A stretch of DNA of 24,455 nucleotides. It comes from a virus (lineage: Duplodnaviria; Heunggongvirae; Uroviricota; Caudoviricetes). Numbering within the stretch: position 1 is the stretch's first letter; every line of letters starts with the position of its first letter. The stretch lies in IMG/VR virus record IMGVR_UViG_2778261278_000008. One strand, given 5' to 3'. Shown piece by piece: positions 6,274 through 13,093 of this stretch. A model generated the notes under the pieces. The model had not been told where the DNA came from. It saw only the letters and a list, made by a program, of their open reading frames with translations, and did not search any database. The translations under genes were made by a program, and so were the position numbers.

Positions 6274-9096
6274 ATGACGGCAGAGTACATCAGGGACTGG
6301 CAACAACCGCGCCACGCAGTGGGGCGTGAAGGAACGGGGATCCCCGCTCCTGAATCCGCGCTTTCCTCCTGGCTGGATGCCTACCGGGTAGAGAACGAGC
6401 GCCGCCAGGAAATGGCTGATGCGGCGTTCTCCGCAACGCCGCTGGGCAACCTGATTAATAAAAGCCTGGACGCACAGGAAAAACAGGACAAAACCATCAC
6501 ACTGGCAGGAGACGCCAGAAAACAGGCACGCGGCGCGGTGGATGAAGCCATGGCCTCGCTGCGCCTGCTGCCGTCCTATCTGCGCGATCCGCTTATTCGC
6601 CACCTCTCCTTCCTGCGCAAAAAACAGGAAGCCGATCGCAGGAAAGGCAAAAAGAGCTGGCAGGCGGAACGCTATGCATGCGGAACCCTGCGCAAAATAT
6701 TCGAACGTCTGGATCGCACTGACGGACGCTGGCTGACACCGGGTTATCGCTCCCTTGCCGGACGCGAACGCCTGGATGATTTGCTTTACCTGCCGCAGCT
6801 CAACAAACGCCAGATACAGACGCTGGCCACCATGACGGCGGCGATGTTCAGCAGCACCTTCGAAAAACTCTGCGATGGCTTTGGCGCGACTAATGGTGAA
6901 CTAACCATGGATGTAACGCTGAAGGCGTATCAGATGCTGGCCCGCATGGCGTTACACCTGCACGCCATGCCTCCACATTATGACGCACTGACAACAGACA
7001 AAGACCGGAGGAACGAACCGGACACGGAGCTGCTGCCGGGCGCAATCCTTCGCCTGACCTGTGCGGAATGGTGGAAACGCAAACTGTGGCTGGTACGTTG
7101 CGAGTGGAGAGAAGAACAACTCCGCGCCGCCTGTCTGGTTTCCAGAAAAACATCGCCCTATCTGAGCCAGGACGCGTTAAGCGAGTTTCGCGCACAGCGC
7201 GAGAAAACACGCGATTTCCTGAAAAGTTTCATGCTGGAAAACGAAGACGGGTTCACGATTGATCTCGAGACAGTGTATTACGCGGGAGTAAGTAACCCGG
7301 TTCACCGTAAGGCAGAAATGATGGCCACCATGAAGGGACTGGAACTTCTGGCCGAAGCCCGTGGCGACAGAGCGGTGTTTCTGACTGTCACCTGCCCGTC
7401 AAAATACCACGCAACAACGGAGAACGGTCATCCGAACCCCAAATGGAACGGGGCCACCATGCGCGACTCCAGCGATTACCTGGTTAACACGTTTTTTGCG
7501 GCGGTCCGCAAAAAACTGAACCGCGACGGCCTGCGCTGGTATGGCATCCGCACGGTGGAGCCTCACCATGACGGCACCGTGCACTGGCATATGATGGTCT
7601 TTGCTCATCCGGAAGAAATCGACAGCATCGTGGCCATCACCCGCGATATTGCCATTCAGGAAGACCGCCACGAGCTGGGCAATGATATTACTCCGCGCTT
7701 TAAGGTGGAGTATGTCGACGGCTCAAAAGGCACACCAACCAGCTATATCGCGACCTACATCGGAAAAAACCTGGACAGCCGCGCCATGGATGGCATCGAC
7801 CCGAAAACGGGCAAACCACGCGTTGACTACGAAACCGGAAAATCAATGGCCGAGAGCGTGGAGCGCGCCATCGGTTGGGCACGCCTTCACCGGGTCCGCC
7901 AGTTCCAGTTCTTTGGCATCCCCTCCCGTCAGGTGTGGCGTGAACTCCGCCGCCTTGCCAGCCAGATGGCACGCAACCCGGAAGGCCCGCAACGGCTGAA
8001 GGATGACGCAATGGATGCGGTACTCGCTGCCGCTGATGCCGGATGTTTTGCCACCTACATAGAGAAACAGGGCGGCGTACTTGTTCCACGCAAAGACTAC
8101 CTGATTCGCACCGCCTACGACCTCGCCGATGAGCTGAACGATTACGGCGAACAGAGCGTACAGATTTACGGGATCTGGTCACCACTCATCGGGGAATCCT
8201 CCCGTGTATGCACGCATCCGGATAACTGGAAGCTGGTAAGACGCAAACCGGAAGCGGAAGACAGCGCCCGCGAAAATGGTTTTGACCTTCAGGGCGGCCC
8301 TGCCGCCCCTTGGACTCGTGGCAATAACTGTCCCCGTGTACAGGAAACAGACAACAACGGGACAGAACAGCCGGAAGAACGGCCAGCACCGTGGCCGCAG
8401 CTCCCTGACGGCGTTGAAGTGAACGAATGGATGCATTCACTGAAACGGCACGAACGCCGGGCGCTGATGCGTTCGCTGCGTGACAAACAGGCAAAAAACA
8501 GCAGTGATGAAATGCAGAGCTGGACACAGAGCCGCAAACAGCAGCGGCCTTTGCCTGATAACCACGAATTACTCGCTAAAGAATGGCGGGAGTCTGCTGA
8601 ATCTCTCGGCCTGCATATCGGTGAACAGCAGATGCAGCACCTGTTACGGGGCGGCAGTCTGTACGTTGACGGCAGCATCATTGCACCGCAGGGATTTGAA
8701 ATTGTACGCAAACCGGATACCCGACCGGACAGCCGGATCACGCAGCTCTGGCAGCGCCTGAGCCGTAACCACGGCGTAAGCAGTACGGAGATCCGCCATA
8801 ACCCGGTCGCCAGCTATCTGGAACAGCTGGGGGCATCAGACCCCGAAGCCGCCGCACGCCTGGCATCCACACTTCAGCAGGACCAGAACACCATGAAAAC
8901 ACCCGTTACCGTGCTTTCTGACATGCTGCGCGCCATCCGCGACGCAGAGCACGCACAGAGAATCAGTGAAACTACTGAACGCGCCCGCCGCAAAGCAGAC
9001 CTGCTGCGGGGTGGCCTGACCAGTGGAAACAAAAAACAGACAGAAACGGGATTCACAAATCCCGTAAATGAGCAAAAAACGCGCCGCGATATATGA
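6274..9096 (+). CDS. A: Rolling-circle replication initiator endonuclease (P2 gpA family, HUH superfamily)
   Basis: 940-aa ORF with HUH motif (GTVHWHMMVF) and a Y-x3-Y catalytic tyrosine pair (SYIATYIGKNLD) downstream, as in P2/186 A proteins. Located after the early small ORFs as in P2. Confidence 0.9.
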   Translation: MTAEYIRDWQQPRHAVGREGTGIPAPESALSSWLDAYRVENERRQEMADAAFSATPLGNLINKSLDAQEKQDKTITLAGDARKQARGAVDEAMASLRLLPSYLRDPLIRHLSFLRKKQEADRRKGKKSWQAERYACGTLRKIFERLDRTDGRWLTPGYRSLAGRERLDDLLYLPQLNKRQIQTLATMTAAMFSSTFEKLCDGFGATNGELTMDVTLKAYQMLARMALHLHAMPPHYDALTTDKDRRNEPDTELLPGAILRLTCAEWWKRKLWLVRCEWREEQLRAACLVSRKTSPYLSQDALSEFRAQREKTRDFLKSFMLENEDGFTIDLETVYYAGVSNPVHRKAEMMATMKGLELLAEARGDRAVFLTVTCPSKYHATTENGHPNPKWNGATMRDSSDYLVNTFFAAVRKKLNRDGLRWYGIRTVEPHHDGTVHWHMMVFAHPEEIDSIVAITRDIAIQEDRHELGNDITPRFKVEYVDGSKGTPTSYIATYIGKNLDSRAMDGIDPKTGKPRVDYETGKSMAESVERAIGWARLHRVRQFQFFGIPSRQVWRELRRLASQMARNPEGPQRLKDDAMDAVLAAADAGCFATYIEKQGGVLVPRKDYLIRTAYDLADELNDYGEQSVQIYGIWSPLIGESSRVCTHPDNWKLVRRKPEAEDSARENGFDLQGGPAAPWTRGNNCPRVQETDNNGTEQPEERPAPWPQLPDGVEVNEWMHSLKRHERRALMRSLRDKQAKNSSDEMQSWTQSRKQQRPLPDNHELLAKEWRESAESLGLHIGEQQMQHLLRGGSLYVDGSIIAPQGFEIVRKPDTRPDSRITQLWQRLSRNHGVSSTEIRHNPVASYLEQLGASDPEAAARLASTLQQDQNTMKTPVTVLSDMLRAIRDAEHAQRISETTERARRKADLLRGGLTSGNKKQTETGFTNPVNEQKTRRDI

Positions 9097-9138
9097 AGCG
9101 CGCATAAAACAGGCAAAAACGGGATTTCAGAATCCCGT
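9046..9138. repeat. Two copies of a 20-bp palindrome ACGGGAT-N6-ATCCCGT with conserved AAA flanks, 73 bp apart; candidate centromere/operator for the downstream ParMR-like genes
   Basis: Copy 1 at 9046-9065 lies inside the 3' end of gene A; copy 2 at 9119-9138 lies about 35 bp upstream of the parM-like start. The arms are exact reverse complements. Confidence 0.6.
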
Positions 9139-9172
9139 AAACGATTAATTAATCAACATAAGGAAAAGCGAC

Positions 9173-10132
9173 ATGAAAATTTGTATCGATGACGGCTCCA
9201 CCAACATCAAGCTGGCATGGACTGAGAACGGCGAACGCCGCAACGCCATCAGCCCGAACAGCTTCAAGTCGGAATGGTCTGCGCCGTTCGGTGGCACGCA
9301 GCCCGCGAACTACATGCTTGATGGCGTGCGCTATGGTTTTGATCCGGTCAGTGATCGCTTTGTCCAGACGACCGACACGCAATACCAGTACAGCGATGTG
9401 AATGTCATTGCCATTCATCACGCGCTGGTCAAATCAGGCATCACACCACAGGAAGTGGATGTGGTTGTCACCCTGCCACTGAGCGAATATTTCGACACAA
9501 ACGCACAGCCGGACATGGCCAACATCAACCGCAAAAAAGCAAACGTCATGCGCCCGGTGGCGTGCCAGAACGGAAAAGCATTCACTATCCGTAACGTACG
9601 AGTTATGCCTGAATCCATTCCGGCTGGTTTTAAAGCACTGGCTGACATGAGTCCGTTTGAATCCCTGCTGATTGTGGATTTAGGCGGAACCACGCTGGAT
9701 GTGGCAAAGGTTCAGGGACAACTGGCAGGTATCAGCCAGGTGTTTTGCGATCCACACGTAGGCGTTTCCCTGATGGCCGATGCCGTACTGTCGGTGATGG
9801 CCACTAACGGTATGCGTACCAGTCACCACATCGCCAATACCATTATCGAACATCGCCATGATGAAGCCTGGCTGCGCCAGCACATCCACAATGACGCGCA
9901 TTACGCCAGCCTGATGGCGGTTATTCGTGAAAAGGAAGAAACACTGAAACAACGCGTGATCCGCGCGCTGGCGGTTTTTTCGGGTTACGGGCGGGTGATG
10001 GTTGTCGGTGGCGGGGCGGAGATTGTGGCACCCGCTATCCGCGAAGCCTGCGGAGTTAATGCGACTTTCATCGCGGACGGGGTGCCACAGTTTGCTCTGG
10101 TTAATGGGCTGTACGCAATGGACAAGGAGTAA
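9173..10132 (+). CDS. parM: Actin-like segregation ATPase, ParM/StbA family
   Basis: 319-aa ORF with actin-fold motifs: phosphate-1 ICIDDGSTNIKL, phosphate-2 LIVDLGGTTLD, adenosine VVGGGAEIV. N-terminus closely resembles R1 plasmid ParM as recalled (MLVFIDDGSTNIKLQW...ISPNSFK..EW). RBS AAGGAAAA. Confidence 0.85.
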   Translation: MKICIDDGSTNIKLAWTENGERRNAISPNSFKSEWSAPFGGTQPANYMLDGVRYGFDPVSDRFVQTTDTQYQYSDVNVIAIHHALVKSGITPQEVDVVVTLPLSEYFDTNAQPDMANINRKKANVMRPVACQNGKAFTIRNVRVMPESIPAGFKALADMSPFESLLIVDLGGTTLDVAKVQGQLAGISQVFCDPHVGVSLMADAVLSVMATNGMRTSHHIANTIIEHRHDEAWLRQHIHNDAHYASLMAVIREKEETLKQRVIRALAVFSGYGRVMVVGGGAEIVAPAIREACGVNATFIADGVPQFALVNGLYAMDKE

Positions 10133-10136
10133 ACCA

Positions 10137-10448
10137 ATGACGACACCAACCAGACGGATAAGTTTCTATCTGAAGCCCGCCGCCGTCAAGAACGAAGGCG
10201 AAGCATGCGCCTGGCTGGACAGCCTTACACCAGAAGCCCGCAAAAGTGGTCAACGCGTGGCTTTTCTGGCCGGGCTGGCACTACTGAAAATGAATCCGGC
10301 AGAGGCTTACCGACTGGCTGCATGGGCTGACGATGAAGCGTTATCCCTGACGCAAACCAGGACAGAACGCCTCCTGTCACAGCCAGTACCAACCGCACAG
10401 ATAACCAGTCAGATGGCCGGAAATATCAGGGCGTTATTTCCTGAATAA
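10137..10448 (+). CDS. parR: ParR/StbB-like ribbon-helix-helix centromere-binding protein
   Basis: 103-aa ORF starting 5 nt after the parM stop, with AAGGAG RBS. RRISFYLKP...LDSLTPEARKSGQRVAFLAGLAL...NIRALFPE parallels R1 ParR (RRTIAFKLNP...LDSIPQGERSRLNRAALTAGLAL...ILRSLFPKE) as recalled. The ORF-track start at 10002 is an upstream in-frame extension overlapping parM. Confidence 0.75.
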   Translation: MTTPTRRISFYLKPAAVKNEGEACAWLDSLTPEARKSGQRVAFLAGLALLKMNPAEAYRLAAWADDEALSLTQTRTERLLSQPVPTAQITSQMAGNIRALFPE

Positions 10449-10455
10449 CACAACG

Positions 10456-10475
10456 TCAGGGCGAGTTCGCCCTGA
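10456..10475. other. Perfect 20-bp palindrome TCAGGGCGA-GT-TCGCCCTGA immediately after the parR-like stop
   Basis: 9-bp arms are exact reverse complements. No flanking U-tract, so it is either a weak terminator/stabilising hairpin or a protein-binding site. Confidence 0.4.
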
Positions 10476-10511
10476 TCTCCATCTCAGAACATAAACAAGA
10501 AGAGCGACTTA

Positions 10512-10895
10512 ATGAGCAAAATCAACTATCAGGCATTACGTGAACGTTATTCACCTGCACCAGTACCAAAATGCCCTATTTGCGGCGAAGAAATGTCAAT
10601 TCAGCGAATATCTGGAGCACAGGTTGTTTATGGCTGCTCCGGTTATGGTGATGATGGAGATTTCAAAATTGGTCGAACTCTTGCCGACGAACATTATGAA
10701 AAATCACGCGTAACAGTGTTGGATGTCGGGGATCCTGAAGTATTGGCGCTACTTGATTGGCTGGAAACCAAAGACAACCGAATCGCTGAACTGGAAAAAA
10801 TCGCCACTGACTATGCACTTAAATTCCAGAAAGCACAGGACGCATTAAAGTACGCCGCTTTGCTGCATAGCAGGACAGCGCAGCTACAAGACTAA
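10512..10895 (+). CDS. Hypothetical protein with CPxCG zinc-ribbon-like motif and C-terminal coiled-coil-like segment
   Basis: 127-aa ORF; KCPICGEEMS...YGCSGYG (3 Cys) and heptad-like C-terminus (IAELEKIATDYALKFQKAQDALKYAALL). Same strand as parMR, 63 bp downstream. Confidence 0.55.
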   Translation: MSKINYQALRERYSPAPVPKCPICGEEMSIQRISGAQVVYGCSGYGDDGDFKIGRTLADEHYEKSRVTVLDVGDPEVLALLDWLETKDNRIAELEKIATDYALKFQKAQDALKYAALLHSRTAQLQD

Positions 10896-10985
10896 CTTAA
10901 AGCGGAAGATTAATACATGGTGGGTCGGGGTAATTTGTTTTTATCCCGACAAATAAACAAAAAAGTGGACTATCTCTGTAGTATC

Positions 10986-11516
10986 TTATTCAGCATCGTC
11001 TCGTGCAGTCTGTGCATACGTCACAACAACGCCCAATGCATTAGTTTTCTTTTCAACATAGATAATATTGTCATATTCATAGTTACCATACGGATAGCAA
11101 ATAAGAATATTTTTATGCAGATCGGGATCATCAACAAACGCTCCGGAACAGCTTCTTGAACTACCGGATGTATACTCATACGGTGCAACATATGATGATG
11201 TTACTCCTGGTAAAAAATAAGTCACCATCATAAGAGGGATAATCAGGAATATCCCTGTAAGAATGCAAGAGCCAGCATAAACCTTCAGGTATTCCGACAG
11301 TCCTTTCCAGCCACTTTGCTTCACTACCCCCCTCTTCACCAGAAACAAGGAGAAGAAAAAGGACATACCCATACTACACAAGATGTAATAATTGGATATA
11401 CGCGAATTAAGATATGTAATCCTGTAGATATCTGCCCTCCACCAGTAAAAGAGGAAAATAATCCCTAGCACTGAAACAGTCATGCAAATCAAATAAGGAT
11501 ATGAATCTTTCTTCAT
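10986..11516 (-). CDS. AT-rich cargo gene encoding a 3-TM membrane protein with a C-terminal extracytoplasmic-type domain
   Basis: 176-aa ORF on the opposite strand to its neighbours. Three hydrophobic helices (YLICMTVSVLGIIFLFYWW; YYILCSMGMSFFFSLFLV; CILTGIFLIIPLMMVTYFL) followed by a Cys/Tyr-rich about 70-aa tail. Visibly lower GC than the flanking phage genes (by eye, not computed). Confidence 0.6.
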   Translation of the reverse strand: MKKDSYPYLICMTVSVLGIIFLFYWWRADIYRITYLNSRISNYYILCSMGMSFFFSLFLVKRGVVKQSGWKGLSEYLKVYAGSCILTGIFLIIPLMMVTYFLPGVTSSYVAPYEYTSGSSRSCSGAFVDDPDLHKNILICYPYGNYEYDNIIYVEKKTNALGVVVTYAQTARDDAE

Positions 11517-12046
11517 GTCTTGCGCTCATTAAAATTTCCCTGCTACGAACAAATTTACCATCCGTTTTTTGCGCAGAAAACAGCACGATGCACACTGCAC
11601 GATAGTGCACAAATTTGCACAATTTTTTTGAACGACTTTTTACCCTTCCGGCCCGCATGGCGGCTGGATCCGTCAAGGATCCGTGCGTGCACAAAAAAAC
11701 GCGTTTTTTCTGCGCGCAGGTGACGGGGGAACAGCCCGCGTTTCAGGGGGTAAATAGCATCCCCTGAACGATGTCGCAGCGACACAACAGAATGGCTGTA
11801 TTTCTCACGCTGAGCGTGAAGAATACGTGAGGGATTCTGATTTGATGGGGTGAAAGGTAAGGCCGTCAAAATCGCACTGAGGCGGCGAGAACATGCAGTC
11901 AACGCGGTGGGATTGCGTAAGAGTCTGACCGCCGATGATGGCAATAAGCAGAAAAGCGTCGTGAAATTATCTGACTGATACAGGAGCTGGAGAGTCGGGG
12001 CATAAATTTTTTATGCCCCGGCGAAGCAGCAGACAAGCGAAGCGCG
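11517..12046. other. 530-bp noncoding region between the cargo slot and portal gene Q; expected location of the cos/packaging site by synteny
   Basis: No convincing ORF. Contains TGCAC direct repeats (11589-11620), GGATCCGT x2 (11666-11684), palindrome A6-CGCG-T6 (11694-11709), inverted repeat TTCAGGGG/CCCCTGAA (11742-11768) and a 10-bp-stem hairpin (11997-12019). Cos itself not identified. Confidence 0.4.
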
Positions 12047-13093
12047 TCAGGATGTGGGCTGGGTGTCTAACAGTGCGTAAGGGTTAAAGCGGATCACCTC
12101 TTCGCCAAGCCAGTCATTGATGTGCTTCATGGCCTCCATGACTGGCATCAGCTCGTTAATTGCGTAAACCCGCGCGGCCTTCTCCACATCACCAAACGCA
12201 CTTTTTTCGCCCGGCATCGCCCCCATCAGTTGCGGCGGAACGCGGTGTGCAGCCAGCACATCATCACGGGATGCCGCCTTAACATTCATGAACTCATCTT
12301 TTGCGGTGATCTGCTGGAACGGCAAAATTTGCACCCCCTCTTTGCCCCCGTTGGGCGCATGAATGAGCACGTTTTTAAACGCACCACCACCACGCGCACC
12401 CTGTAGCGTTTCTTTCAGGGAGTCCATGCTTTCGCGGTTTACCTGCGCTGCACCGATGTAGATGATGCACCCGGCGTGGGATCCGTTGTCGTAATACAGT
12501 TTTCTGAACATGTCCGCCGAATGAGACAGGCTGGCCGAGAGTAATGCGCCGAGATATTCCGGCATGCCGTAGATTTCCTGGTTAATGTCAGGATTCATCA
12601 GGTGGCACACTTTGCCTGGGCGAAACTGAAACGCGTCCTTGCCATCCTGCACATACCACCATGATTCAAGATCGCTTCCGCGTCGTATGTATTTCGCCAG
12701 GGCGTGCCGTAATTTAAGCGGTTCGCCGAGCATATTGCTTCGAAGCTCAAGGAATGCGTTACCGAACACAAACCAGTCCAGCGCCAGCGCCGAGAAATCC
12801 TGCCGGGAAAGCAGCGGGTGCGGAATATAGCAACCGAGCAATACATTGCGCTTAAAGTAAAGCGCAGACTGATGCCAGGACGTTTGCCGGGCAGCTCTTG
12901 CCAGACCGTACCAGTCCACCGGGGTTTCATACCACCGCCCGTTATCAGCACAGTACATATTGTCCAGCAGGTCATGCCCGGTCAGGCGATAAGGACCATC
13001 AAATGTGAATGCACTGAGCGATGATTCTTTCCTGAGCGCATCAGCGAGATCAATGCGTGAACTCATGCGCACTTTTTTATTTTTTCTGCTCAT
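12047..13093 (-). CDS. Q: Phage portal protein (P2 gpQ family)
   Basis: 348-aa ORF, length and position match P2 Q (about 344 aa as recalled). Start overlaps the terminase stop by 1 nt. Confidence 0.9.
   Translation of the reverse strand: MSRKNKKVRMSSRIDLADALRKESSLSAFTFDGPYRLTGHDLLDNMYCADNGRWYETPVDWYGLARAARQTSWHQSALYFKRNVLLGCYIPHPLLSRQDFSALALDWFVFGNAFLELRSNMLGEPLKLRHALAKYIRRGSDLESWWYVQDGKDAFQFRPGKVCHLMNPDINQEIYGMPEYLGALLSASLSHSADMFRKLYYDNGSHAGCIIYIGAAQVNRESMDSLKETLQGARGGGAFKNVLIHAPNGGKEGVQILPFQQITAKDEFMNVKAASRDDVLAAHRVPPQLMGAMPGEKSAFGDVEKAARVYAINELMPVMEAMKHINDWLGEEVIRFNPYALLDTQPTS

Noticed and set aside
5737-6603. 288-aa minus-strand ORF antisense to the ORF at 5902-6267 and the start of gene A
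   Set aside because: Antisense to two genes with good RBS and operon context; Cys/Arg-rich translation typical of spurious frames in GC-rich coding DNA.
6890-8741. Several 85-160-aa ORFs on both strands inside gene A (for example 7700-8185, 8186-8527, 8289-8741, 7601-7999)
   Set aside because: Embedded in a long ORF with clear HUH-endonuclease motifs; translations are Arg/Cys/Pro-rich and lack RBS. Shadow ORFs.
10917-11159. 80-aa plus-strand ORF in the AT-rich region
   Set aside because: Fully antisense to the better-supported 176-aa membrane protein gene; no RBS and the start codon sits in a hairpin-like region.
11719-11737. G-rich 19-mer GGTGACGGGGGAACAGCCC as the cohesive-end sequence
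   Set aside because: I cannot reliably recall the P2/186 cos sequence well enough to claim a match; left as a candidate inside the cos-region finding only.
11520-11944. ORFs of 67-129 aa on both strands in the 530-bp noncoding stretch (11520-11723 plus, 11555-11944 minus, 11407-11694 minus)
   Set aside because: No RBS, mutually overlapping, and they cover palindromes and direct repeats that look like DNA or RNA elements rather than coding sequence.
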